From Raillietiella orientalis (lineage: Eukaryota), in assembly GCA_036172245.1 (NCBI GenBank), contig JAYWIR010000014.1, positions 3,410,001 to 3,474,000 of the forward strand: a DNA stretch of 64,000 bases, written 5' to 3'. The notes under the pieces were generated by a model that had not been told where the DNA came from, did not search any database, and saw only the letters and a list, made by a program, of their open reading frames with translations. A program made the position numbers and the translations under genes. Each line of letters begins with the position of its first letter. Within the stretch, counting starts at the first letter, position 1. Positions 31,511 through 45,274 of this stretch are shown here, in pieces.

Positions 31511-34500
31511 TACCAAAAGAAACCAAGAAATGAATATGTCAAGACAATAATGTGTGATAAATGTAATAAGAAATGCTAACTCTTTGCAAATGGCTTTTTT
31601 AACATAAAAACTGTTCATCAAGATATTCCGCTTCAACAAAACATGATAATGCAATAGAAATGTATTGATCACAATATTTTCGAAGGGGTACGTGCTTAGT
31701 AAACACATTTGAATTGCTTACCACTATTCAGCTTTGTGTCAAATAATCAATGATGGCCGCACTAATTCGTTCAGCAAGCACGCTATTATCAGCTCCCCAG
31801 AATGTCTCAGAGGAAAAAAAAACATGCGATGAAGCACAGCACTTGAAAACTAATGATCCGTTGGTTTCTGGCTTCTTTTAACAGAACTCAGGATGAAATG
31901 TGTTTAATCGAGTGGTTTTTCTTAACAAGTTCTTGAAAACTGGAAATTATTTTTCCAATTTCTTTCTCGTTTACACAAAACGCAATCATTTGTAGGTTAG
32001 ATAACAGAGCCGGGCTGCTCCAAATTCAGGACTTCACTGGTGATAATAATTTCGACTTCAAAGTGATGGATTTGAGGCTGATAGAAAGGTTGCGCTGACC
32101 TAATGATTGTGGATCGCGTAGTAATTTTCAATTCTTCTATCTCATGATAATACAAAAGAATTTCTTTCCCAGCTGATTCTCCGAAATGTCATAAATGCTC
32201 ATTTCACGTCTTTGAAACAGTTGAGAACGTTCCGAATACAAGTACCATGTATTTTGTCATTCGGCTCTTTCTCTTGGAAGGCAATGCTCCCAGATGTTTC
32301 GGTACCTCAATCTTTTACTCTTTTCAAAGCTGCTGCGTAGTTGTGTTGAAGGTGCAAAGACATTATGTTCACCATAATGATTCACGGTATCAAAGTGTTT
32401 CCTTAATTACATCCTCTTACACGAAACGCTTCTGAATTCTAAAAAGTTTTTCTTTCCATGTGTCACATAAATATGACCAAGATAGAAAATTCTGCCAAAT
32501 AGTCAAATTTGCACTGTAGCCTAAGTATTGTTCGCACTCTCGCTTGCTATAACTCTTCATGAATGACAGCAAAAATCTCGTACTGTACTGTACTTTTGAA
32601 CGGTGGCCTTGCTCCATTACATTCATAGTATGCATTTTCTAAACAGGAAATGCTTCATTTTGAAAATGGCTGTTTTAAAGGAAAAACTAATGGGAAGAAG
32701 TCTACCCTGCACAAGAGAAGAGACTCATAAAGGAAAGTTTAGAGATGTAAAAAACATGATGATTTGAAGAAATTCATGTTTTTTGAAAAATCCTAGAAAA
32801 TATACGGAAGCAATCTCGTAATTTATTAAACACTGCATCTTGCACTAACCTATAAAGGAGAAGATGCTTTTTCAAAGTGGGCTATTCCTATACAATAGTG
32901 TCAGTTTTGAAGTGTACTCAATATAATGCACTACCCCTCCTAGACAATTTGAGCTTCAGAACAGAATATTTCTTCGAGGGAAGCTTACAATTTGGATTAA
33001 TACTTCGGAATAATGAGATTCTATAATTTCATTTTGCTTTATTTGTTTGTGTGCTTTGCTTCTTAAGTTTCAACAATAAACACGGAGTAGCAACTTCAAG
33101 GAGACGATCCCACTAAAGAATGATAACTTACAAAGGTATCACATTCACTATCATGGACTCTGTGCGGGACTGCTAAGTTTAAGTTTAAGGGGCATTAAAA
33201 AACCAGTGTCACAAACAGCCACGAAAAGTTTCCCAGCACCCACTATTTTTCTTCTGTAACTGAACAATCCCTTACGTAGGCAAACAAATTGAAATTCCAA
33301 ACTGATGACTCCGAATGCTGAGCACTTAAATTTTATCAATAAGAAGGAGAAACCTCTTCATCTTTGCATTTAAGCGAATTTGAAGCGGATAAAATCACTG
33401 AGAAATCTACAAGGTGGTTTATTTCTGCCTTTGAGTGGTCTGTCATTTGAAGTGGTCAACATTTGAAGTGCCACAGCTTTGTATATCAGCTGGGTGAAAA
33501 TCAAAATTTCTGCGTAAAAAATCACTGGTTCTTTCTTTCCTTTGATAGTTTCTCATCCTGACAGGAACAGTAGCCTCCTGAACTGAAATAAACAAAGTTT
33601 TAGGGTTCTACTCGTAGAACGAGAGCGTGTGAACTTCTTATACTGGCTCTCATTACAAGGAGAAACTTCACTTTAGGAATGGATCGATGTTTCATTTAGG
33701 ATGATGGAGATGCTTCTCGTAATCTGTGGATTAGGCGTTAACAATTATGAGTTTCTAAAGAAGCTTGACGCATGTATTTTGTAACTTGACTCTTCCACGT
33801 CTCGCAATCTTTAAGAGCTTCAGGCCAACATCAATCGATTATGCATATGATGAAAACAGTAGTGGTGTTCTTTTTATACATATTTATCGTGACAACGACG
33901 TCAACAAACTCCAGCTCAGCTGAATACCTACAAGCTCGATCACCCTATGAGACCACGGCTTCTATGTTTGTTATTTAATATTTCTTTTTTGCCATATAAG
34001 TCAGGAATATTAAATGATTTCGGGTAGGGAATCTCCTATTACTATTATTGCAATTAATCACCCTCGACTATTTTTTATGCTAGATTTTGTCTTCCAGTCT
34101 CCTTGAAATCGACAAAGATGTTTCCTGAGATTCCAGTTTTCTCCTGAGATAATTCAACTACCTTCCCTTTCGGATTTATGTATTTATAGTTAAGGAAGTC
34201 TTGGGACACACAAATTATGCTCAATCGAAACTTCAATTGAATTTTCAATTTGTAGAATCTCAAAAAAATCAAAAAGTCTCTCCAAACCCAGAATTTCTTC
34301 ATGTGTAATATTTTAATGGATGAGGTTTTTCAAATGATTAATTCAGTAGTGCCAATGGTTGCCATAAAAACTAAATTCTCATTATAACAACAAGATCTGG
34401 TTATGGGAAGACTTATGAACGATAACAAAGAATAAAGTGTCTCTTTCAAAGCTCAGCATTTTCTTTGATCAATATGCCGTCAGAAGAAGACGTGAACACC

Positions 34501-37500
34501 CTTGATTAATAGAATTGAAATTATAATGGATTGCATTGCTTAAAATACCTGACATGTATACAGAATTAGTGGACACTTTCCATTGGACCATTATGCGTTT
34601 CAAAGCAGAACCTTTTGGCAAATCACCCTTTGAGATGTATCAAATGAAAAGAATTCATCTATCGTATCCAATGTAAAATTGATTAATTTTTCCTAAGATG
34701 TTTCTCCAAGAACCCCAAGATAAGATCATTCATTCATTGGAATATCTCTCAAAGAACTCAGTAAATGAAAAGTACTATAGGAGTCATTTGCCGTGACTGC
34801 AATGACGAAGATGGTTCCTGTACATCTGAAGTTAACAAAGATGAAAGATTCAGATTACTTACGATCGAAAACAATTTTGTCTTTCAGTGTTAAGATTACA
34901 TGTACCTTAAATTTAAGAAATACATGTTGTTTTATCTCTTGTTCCATCTTTGCTACATCATCACAATGCGCGTGGACCGTGACTAGTGCGAATAATAATT
35001 TCCATGAAATCGTCTCGTTATTCGAATTCGCACTATGCACATCTATAATTGTATGGAATATATGTAATTGGTTCCAGCTTAATAGAAATAGGCAATGAAA
35101 AATTTTTAAAATGAGTTTTGCATACTTGCTAAGGAAATATTACAACAAAAAAATTGAAAAAATCTACTTAAAATCTAAATCTATTGTTAACAAAGCTGCA
35201 GAGTAGTTATCTAGAGCAAAATAAATCTACATATTATCCATACAGGCAACCTTGCGCTGAAAAAAATATCGAAATATTTTGCCAGAGTGGAGTGAGCTCT
35301 TTTAGTTTCCTTCAAATCTTCATGCGCATATTTGTAAATGCAGATGACTTATCGATGTCATATCAAATTTTTGGTCTAATGTAATAACATGTCTCTTGTT
35401 TTTTTTTTGCACTCGTAGTGTTTTTATCTGAAAAAAGAAACGCCTAGTGCATTTTCTTGAGGTGTTTTTCAAAACAGTTAAAATGAAAAGCAATGAATAC
35501 TACGGCAGGCATCAGCACGTCTTGTGAGAAGTTCTGACTGCAGTGGCGGCGTCTAAAGCTTTAAGGGAAACCTGGCAACCTTAACTGTGCCTGCACTAGT
35601 CCGTATGAACTGAATTTCGGTCTGGGTTAAACACGATCTGGATTCTGGAAAAAAATCCATACTAAATAGAGTTCTTAGTATTCGCGACTATCCGTGGTGT
35701 ATAATACCACATCGAATTTATTCATCAACCTGTGCCTGTAGCTCATGTGAGCATTTGGAATGACTTGGCCGCGCTGCATAGTTTTTTCGTAAGTTGTCTC
35801 AAGAAACGAAATTCCATACTCCATCTCAGCTTTTATCACGAGAAGTTTCCCGACAAGGCGAATCTGCAGATTAAAATCCTCAGACGGAAAGTCAATCAAA
35901 GCTTGCTGCTTCCCATGCGTTTGCTCTACCGTCCAACTGACGTAGACATTTTGACATCGTTACTTGTCTGAGCACGAGATCATTCTTGACAGATGTTCTC
36001 ATGCGATGACAGTATTTTATGAAATCTTTCTGAGAGATCACCGTATTCAACGGATCCCTCTGGTCAGTTGGGTCATCATAGAAGGAAGGTAAACTTCTAT
36101 TGCACTTTTCATTGCACTGTTCTCCTATCATCTATCTAAGATATATATACTCATTCCTGCTGTATCCTATCTGATTCAAGTAAGTAGCGCGATTCACAGA
36201 AGCAAAAAAAAAAAAACGCTGATTGTATGCAATAATGCAATACATATCCAGAAATCATTTAAAGGATGAAAGGATGGAGAATGCCTGCAAAGTAAGCCAA
36301 ACCATTGAATTTATTTCATTTGATACATAACAGAATGGTAAAACTGTTTCATTCTGGACGCATTCCACCTCACCACCATGAATTCTTATCTTTAACGTCT
36401 GACATTTTACGAACTTCATGGGTCGCCATTCCCACGTGGAAATCACACTTTCCACCCCTGAATATCGGTGCTCTCGTGCCGCACATCGAACTCAAAATCG
36501 TCATCTTGATTCCTCCCTCATTTCACTACCACCTGCCAGCTCCAGATCATATCCCGTGCTTTCTCGAGAAATCAAACTCATTTATCCCGATCCTGAACGT
36601 GTGTGTCCATCATCATCATCCCCTCATCCTCCTGTTATGTTCCTTCAACACCCCTGCTGCCGTAGTGCTGCTGCCCCTCTCTCCCATCTCTGCGTTCAGC
36701 AGTCTTAATTTTATCTCATCTCTGTTCTCCTGGTACTCTATCGTCACGATGGAAGAGATCCAGCAGCCACGTTACACCAGAATCTTTTCAAAGAAGACCT
36801 TCCAAGCGAGATATGCGGTATGTTCTTTCAGATCTCCTCGCATCTTAACTACCATCTATTTAGCCGGATACATTTCAGCGCTTGTACTGTCTTTGTACGT
36901 TGTACACGTGCAGTTAAGGAGTGTTTCTCCAACAGATTGCTGGTGATTTCAAAAACAGTCTCTTGGTACTGAAGAAGAGAATGATACAAAGCAGCACATC
37001 CAGAAAAGTACGTCGAATAAGCATTTTCCTTCCTGAAATTAAGGATGGACAACATTTCTGTTCAAGTGAGTGGCTGAAATGACAACAGGGAAATAGATGA
37101 AGGAAAGGGGGTGCTTCGGATCGGTGTTTCTTGCTTCTCCAGGACAACAAGAGGAGTCGGTGACCAAAATATAGAGGAGTCGCAGAAGCTTGGGAAAGTC
37201 CAAAAAAGACACATCTTTTCAATCAATGCTTCCCAAAGTAGGCGATACCGTCCCCCTAGTAGGCGCTGGAAGATTCAGGGGGGGGCCATGGTAGCCTCAA
37301 GTGCAATCCGGGAGCGTTAAAAATAGGGGGAATAAAAATTGGGAGAGGGGACGTGAAAGAATAAAGAAAGCGGAGAAGACGAAAAAATTTTGAAAAAGTG
37401 TGGTCACGAATCTGTTAAGGAAAAAAAAAGAAACCAACTGCAAACAACTGATCGCGGTGATTGAAGAGTGGAGCTAACCAATATAGAGCTGACTATTAAC

Positions 37501-38749
37501 GAATTGATAGCAGCGCACCAGGTGCATCTTTCTTGATAGAATTATTTTTAAAGTTCGTGATATTTACTCTAATATTATCCTTCGTTATCGTAATTTTCTG
37601 TGTGTAATGTGAATGTTGCCGTGGTCGATTCCAATAAATAATTTAAGTTTCAGCATGTTTGATTTGCAACATCTTTTCTCACTATGCTGTAGGACGTAGA
37701 TAGAAATATGAATACATAAAATAACTCAAACTTGATCACTGCATCCTTCTGTTTGTTCACTTAAAGACGGTACATCTTCAGGGGGGGCTGACTGATTTTT
37801 TTTCATCTGAAAAAGGTGCAGTAGGCCAAATAAGTTTGGGAACCTGTGCTTTAAATGATGGAGATGGCAAGAAGCATCGTCATCAGAAGAAGGAAGCAAG
37901 CGGGAAAGAATGACGAAGCTTACGATAACAGGAGGTCAAAACTGATGACCCGTTGCTTACCCTCACCTACTGAGCTTTTCTATCATTCTTCGAGGTGTTT
38001 GGTTACGTCCCTGCAGTTTTTGAATCCTCTCCATGCAAGATAAACCTATTTTGCAGTTTTGCGCACCCCCCCCCCCTTTCCAACGGAAGTTATTTCACCA
38101 CCATTCTCGTTATGGTCATATCCTCAGGTGACATGACCGTAAATGCATCCGTGTAACCGAAGTCAACTGAACTCAATAAAAACAAGAATCATGCATGCAA
38201 CAGTCTGAACATTCACGCTTCGTCTCTTTGTGTATACATACATTACTGAGTTGGTACTGAAGTGCTGTTCGCCTCCTTGGAGAGGAAGGAGGGGGGGGGG
38301 AACTCGAGAAGCTCTTTGACGCTGTTCGCACCACCCGTGGGTGCCTGTAAGTCATAGACCGGAGACCCGGAGGGATCACTCCATGAATCCAGGAAGGCTC
38401 TGGAGGAAGGAGAGTCCGTTCTCCTTACGCTTAGTGGGAACCTCTAATGGAACCTCATTCCATTTCTCTCCAGAGGGAGCTGCTCCTCATTTCTTATCCT
38501 AAAGGAACCAGAAAAGGATCCGCTCCTGGAATTTCATCTCCGAAGAGAACCCGCAAGGGAGCTGCTCCTTGTTTACTCCTCCGATGAGAACCCTGGACAG
38601 ATGCCTCCAAATCTCTCTGACGGGCCGCTCTCCAAAGGGAGCAGTGGGTTTCTCACGCCCTGGAGGGGCAATTCCTCCGAGGAAAATATCAACCAGCTCC
38701 ATGGTAACAGCTTCATTTTCGCATTAGGAGGGAAACTCCGAAGGGAGCC

Positions 38750-39000
38750 GGCTCCTTGATTCCTTAAAGCATCCCGGAGGCACTTCCAGTCCCGAACAGT
38801 CAACGGGGGCATCCGGCTTCTACAAGTGCTGCATACGAAGCCAACCAGCATCATACTTGAGAGGGGAAGGTCGGGGAGGACACAAAACCCACGGCGCATC
38901 TTCAGTTCTCGGCGTCGATCCTTCTCCCCCGCGGGGATTCGAACCCGCAACGCTTGGTACTACGAGTCAAGGCCGTGGCCACACGCCCGCCAACGCGGGC
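38750..39000 (-). mobile_element. tRNA-derived SINE (or tRNA pseudogene plus body)
   Basis: Minus strand 39000-38926 reads GCCCGCG TTGGCGGGCGTGTGG (A-box-like) ... CTCGTAG ... GGTTCGAATCC (perfect B box, 38945-38935) CCGCGGGG. The acceptor stem pairs 6/7 but the T arm is shortened and the D arm is poor. A GC-rich body follows; its 3' boundary is uncertain. Confidence 0.6.
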
Positions 39001-40129
39001 TGGCTGAGTTAGTAGGTGCTTTTAATGGCCCTTTTTCTTCAGCGGGTCCTCATCCGTGAGAGGGAAATTCGGTTGTCCATGGACCAGTTTCAGAGATACC
39101 TGTCCAACTAACAAAAACCACGGCAAGAACAAAGTCGAAGAGATCTCAACGTCCACAATATTCAGCGATGAAGATGGAGGTTAATTTTCGGGTTCAAGAG
39201 GTGACTCCTGAGCAGAGCTCACGCTTCCTCGGACACCTTGAGGAAACCTAGTGTGCGGGATGAACGAGATTCCATCAGGCTAGAACTGTCTGGAGTCATG
39301 AAAATGGTTCTGCTGATTTCAGAAGCGAGTTCAGCTGGGAGGGTTCGGTTCAGATCCATCCAAATCCGACTGAGAAAATACTCTAGCGAACGACAATCAG
39401 CATTCAGCTTTATGATCGCAGAAGTGCAGAGAAAACAGAAGGATCCTACAGTCAGAAAAATTCGAATTCTGAGTGAACTCACTTGAAAGGGAATTGACAG
39501 GAACTTCCCTTATGAGCTAATGGTATCCATCAGGAAGAAACAGAACTTTGTCTATATGTTTTGAAGGAAAAGAATGCAACTGCAGTACATCCCAGGTAGA
39601 CTGATTCTCAGTTAGGTTTCTAAGGATATTAAGCGGTAGCATTAAATGTTAAGGGGCAGTACAATGCGCCCAACTATTTCAAAGATACAAAAGTACACCT
39701 TCGAGAAGAAATTTAGAAAATTTGTATAGGAAATTGCTGTAATGAAGCTAATGGTTTTGAATCGATCGAATGGACGCATTTCTCCAAACTGGGCTGTCGA
39801 GACGCATGATTTTGAAATGCTCACTGAATTACCGTGAGCTTTTAAATCTTAGAAAGATGCATTTCGTGCTAGTCTATTCCGTAGTGAGCTTGACAGGATG
39901 AATGCTCCCCCTCTTGAGAAAGAGCGAATCTATGCCATATAGACCGTTATTCAGAATGCCTGCTGTGTATTGTTCCCACTGGAGTCCTCTTCTAAACTCA
40001 ACGTCATCCAGAACAGTATCAGCCAGGAAATGGCAGAAAATCTACAAGATTCAGAATCGGAAACTGACATGCTGTAGCCTGGCAATGCCGTAGAAAGCGG
40101 GGCACAAGAGCTGAATGAAAGTAAACTGA

Positions 40130-40850
40130 AGTATATTGGAAAGAGCAGAGCAGTGTAGCCACTGCACTCCTGCTGAAGTAAGGCAAAAGATACATTCCTT
40201 TAAAAAAAAAGACATCAGCGTCAATAATAGACGATACGTATGTGGAAGTGTAAAAGTTTCAAGGCCCCATCCTCTGTATTCAAGAATTTTGTGCGCGCAC
40301 CATCTCATGAACTGCCTCCTTCAAAGAGAACTCATTCCTGAGTGTTCAAAAGATTGTACCACTTTGGAAACCAAGCTGAAAGCCTCCAGCTATCACGAGA
40401 TCAGTCCTCTTTCACACCTCTGTGGATGGCGGGCTATAAAGTCTTCCTTTCTGCAACCTCATTTTGATTCTGTCAGCAGAAAAAAAAATCACTTGTTGGA
40501 CGACAAAGAGGGCATATTGTTAAAAAAATGTTTGTTGCAGACGAAAGCTCTTCGATGGAAACACGACACAGTGTTTTAGCAAGCACTCGTATAGCATAGA
40601 ATCCGTCGGCTAGTTTCAAACAGCCCACAATGATTTATTCTAGCTTTGTCCTTGAAATCCAATAAAACTCTTGACAAGCATGTTTAGCAAATTTTTGATC
40701 ACTTTTTCGATCATTCTTTACAAATTTATGATGAATGATGCCCTGTTACAGAACCTTGAAGCTCTGATCATGTATCCCTTTACTCGGAAGGGGTCCTCAG
40801 AAATAAATACTTGCCTCCTGCTTCCCATGTTACTCTGTCACCACCAAGAA
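40130..40850 (+). mobile_element. Decayed LINE (CR1/L2/jockey-like) ORF2 reverse transcriptase relic; the element may extend back to about 39050
   Basis: AEVRQKIHSFKKK..KVSRPHPLYSRIL (cf. KSxGPDxxxxRIL)..LMNCLLQRELIPEC..SSYHEISPLSHL (cf. SSYRPISLLSHL), and at ~40790 GV..QK*ILASCF (cf. GVPQGSILxPxLF). The motifs are in the correct order. Confidence 0.6.
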
Positions 40851-43800
40851 CGTAGAAGGGAGGATTGGCTCTTCAAAAGATGGCGAGAAAGCATTCTTAA
40901 GGTTTGTGTCCTTATCTGGAAATGTTGAGGATATTAGTAAGCGCGAACTATACCTCCAGAAATGTACTCTCTTCTGCTCTCTTTTTCTGTATGTTGGATA
41001 GTAAAATAGTCCTTACCGCAAAAAGAAAGTTCATCAAATAGAATCCTAAATACCCTTTATATGAACTTTTTGATTTTGTGGTATCCTGAAGAGTTGAGAG
41101 GGAGAAAAAGACCATTTTGTCTTCTTTCCAGTTTATCATCGAAAGAGCTTCACTATTTTGAAGCAATTAAGGAGATTTATCTTACAAAAGGTCTTCTATG
41201 GCGTTTAGAAGTCAGATTGGATAATGAAGACAAGGGAAAATAAGATAGCTTGAAAATCTAGACCAACAAATTCCGAGAAATAACAAAAATAGTAAGAAGT
41301 CTGCAGTGAAGTTATCCAATTATGATGAAGCAACAAAAGAGAAAAGTGAATCTGTTGGGAAGTCGTTGCTTGGTCTTGCTTTTCACAAGTATGAAGAAAC
41401 AAGTCCACTTTTTTCATGCTTTGCCTCACCTCTGTTCCCTTCTTAACTTTTTACACATTTACTGGCTAGAATGATCATTACACCGTGACGATTGATTATA
41501 AAGCTGAGCTCAAGTTAGTTTTTTTTTTGTTTAATCATCATCGTCGAAATGAGTAGTGAGGAAATCTAATGCACAAGCAAAAAGCAAGACTGACAGAAAG
41601 TGCTTCAGATAGCGCTTCAGAAATATGAAAAAGAGTGATCTTTTCAAGAATAAAATCAGAAACAGTGCACTGTAAAGAAACAGAAAGACTATTCAAATTC
41701 TCAGGAACAACACTTCATTATTTCATTAAAGAAACTTATCACATTTAGACCTGAGTTGAGATTGAAGGATGAGGATTCTGAGGCAAAATTTAAAGCTTTA
41801 TCCGTCCAGTTCTTTCAGAGACCTTTTGGATGCAGATGAAATTTAAGAAGCTCATCATTCTCAACAACTGAAGTGTAACATCCACTCTAAGCGTAAAACC
41901 AGGATCAGTAACAAATATGGCTACCAGTTTTATATTGAGTTTTAATTTTAACAGCAAAGAATTCTTCTATAGACAAAACTGAATGAAACACAACAGAAAA
42001 TGCAAAGAGAAACGGCGTTATTGGTGTATAGAATTACACGGAATACAGAAATCAGTACTTTCCGTCTGGGAAGAATGAATCTGAGAAAAGAATTCCGAGA
42101 TACTTATGAAATTTTTATAGATCTGCAACTTGAAATGCTATGCTTAACCAGATTTACTGCTAGACAAGTTTGTGATGAGAAAAAGAGATTTCTGCTATTC
42201 TCTCAAAGATTTATCAGTAACAGATGGAGCGAAAATAAACACAAAAAGGCATCTTTCTATTCTCTTTAATATAATAAATGAAACCAACAAGGAAGACAGA
42301 ACGAACAAATTACAGGTAAGACTTCGTGAATAAAATGCAATTAGATGAGAGTAATCCTTAGTTTTCGCTCTCTGCACTGCAGGCTGGAAGTCATCGAAGG
42401 TTTATAAAACCGGACGAGAAAACCCTTGATAGCCTCATTTTGTGGAAAACAACGCATCGATCAGCACATTGAAAATGAAGCAGTTGGTAGGAGCACCTAA
42501 GCATGTTTCTTTGTTAGTTATATTAAAACCTTAAATGGGGACTTATAAATATGAAGAGAGTCTTGATTACTTATAGGAAAAAAAAGGAACTGAATTAAAC
42601 ATTTAAAAAAAAAATTAATTCAATATCTCTCTGGATTTTATAGATTATGCTCTTCATTGGGGCTCATAAAGAGACAGCTATGTGAGGAGAATAGAAAGAG
42701 CTTCTGTCATAGCTGGACTCAGATGGAACGATGAGTTAAACACCAGTTTAAATGCGATTCGTTGATTAAGCATCCTTTCATTTTTTATAATAATTCCTTA
42801 CAAAGTAAATTAATATCAGAATAACTCATTAAGTTAGTTGCTAATTCCAATACAACGATTCTAATTTCATGTCATGTAAATGAAATTTCATTTATGCACT
42901 TAATGTCTTGTTTTCAATCGATAAAAATTGAAATACACAAAATCAGTTACCCTTGTTAATATCCGATTAGCGATGAATTATGATTAATTCCATACGAAAA
43001 CCCCGAAATCTCATTTCTCTAAAGGACCATAATATGAAAACATGCATTGATCATAAAATGAAAGTAAAAAACAAATGTGAAATGCACATATTCTTTAATA
43101 GTAAGTTTGGGAAAACATAACGATTTGCTTATATTAAGACTTCGATGAAATTGCAATTACTCGAATACCATGGAGAATGAAAAAAAGCAGGTGACAAATA
43201 TGAAAAGCTTTTTCAGTGACAAGAGTGTATTTAGAAATATTAGAAAAGCAAAGTAATCCCAATCCGATCTAAAAAAAAATCTTGAAAACATGGGGTGTTT
43301 GAAAACGAATACCAATTCATGAATTAACGTAAAAGAATTTTAACGAGAGCAAATTCTCAAAGATATCTGCAATTCCTTGCGAATTATAAAGAACAAAAAT
43401 TTAGCAACTTTTAAAATAATCCAGCAAACGTCAAATATATTCTTAGTAGTTTCTGCCTTACATTCGAAACTAAGACTACAGCATAAGTAGAGTGTTTGTA
43501 TATCTGACTCCTCATGAACATTTTATAATTATCAGATAGAAAATGATTGAATCAAGTTTTTCAATTTGGTATTCACATTTTATATTTGAAATTACGGTAG
43601 TAACTAATATTTTTGAAAATACGGTTTTTCCAATCTTAGCATTAATCTGATCATTCTGTTGTGCATGTATTACACTTAGTATTGTTTCGACTGCGCATAG
43701 TTACCAAAATCGTCAAAAAAATAAATTGATCGTTTTACAAATGATTTACAGTGCCGCATATACTCATTTTAGCATTTTTGAATGTGATTAAATAGATACT

Positions 43801-44569
43801 TGACTGAAATCTTATAATATAGTCATCATAGTGTTAGTAAAATAAACCCCAATTATGGAGTGGCATTTCCGTTTCCGAGAAATGCACTAAGAGTGCGTTC
43901 GTCGTGTACAGATTAGTGAGAGTTGTAAAAAAATAAGCTTGAAAATAAAAGTTGATTTGTTTGATCGGAAGTAGAAACAAGCATAAAATAAATGACTGCT
44001 GCAAGATATTAGAAAAATGCTGTCGAAATTATAGTGTTAGAAAGCTCATTAAGTTGCTCGTGTTGAAGTGAATGAGTTCTTGAGTTTAAAATTTTCAAAA
44101 TCTAGGTTTAAGGGCACGAGGTGTAGTTAAAGCTTTGTGAATTTATTATGAATGGGGACGAGCATTAAGTTTATGATACAGTGGAAATTGATGAGAAAGA
44201 ATGTAGTGAATCTCATCCAAAGTTGTAACGAATGCGCGTGTTGGATCATAGTTCATATCCCTTGTGGGGAAGGCCCCCTCGAGGGATAAGAATGCTGTCA
44301 AGAATGGAATTGAAGCTGATTTAAGAACTTGAGAAAGCTATTTCAGCGAATAATTTATTGGAATTTCATTTTAATTAATAATTAACATGATTGTAAAAAA
44401 AAAATTTGCCCTTGTGATAGTCAACCATGTGAGAATAGTCGGTTTCTGTTTGCTTTCGAGATTTATGCTTGCCGACATGTAAAATGACAATTCTCGTAGT
44501 GATCTTATAATTTCAAGTGTACTTGTTTTTAGTTTGGTATGAAGTTGGAAAACTACTGAGAAACTATCG

Positions 44570-44577
44570 TTCTTTCA
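44570..44577 (+). promoter_or_regulatory. TCT (polypyrimidine initiator, 5'TOP) motif of RpS14; predicted +1 at C44572
   Basis: TTCTTTCA matches YYCTTTYY at 7/8. It is followed by a 30-nt non-coding exon and a 42-nt GT-AG intron (44602-44643) just upstream of the RpS14 ATG. TCT motifs are typical of ribosomal protein genes. Confidence 0.6.
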
Positions 44578-44674
44578 TCCAGTATATTTGTTGATGTTGA
44601 GGTTTAATTACATACAGCCGCATCATGTATGTTTGTTTTGCAGGTTGTTGTGAAAATACAAATTCACGTATATT

Positions 44675-45274
<600 letters not shown>

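Noticed and set aside
35732..35971. Mariner transposase (DLAALHSFF versus SPDLAPSDF)
   Set aside because: A single weak motif is insufficient support.
36305..36946. 213-aa ORF as a real gene
   Set aside because: Pyrimidine-biased composition and no domain; probably the antisense of a decayed repeat.
38926..39000. Functional tRNA gene
   Set aside because: The T arm is about 2 nt short and the D and anticodon arms pair poorly; treated as a SINE head or pseudogene.
44264..44278. RNase MRP/P CR-I-like GGGGAAGGCCCC
   Set aside because: No downstream CR-V partner or P4 pairing was found.
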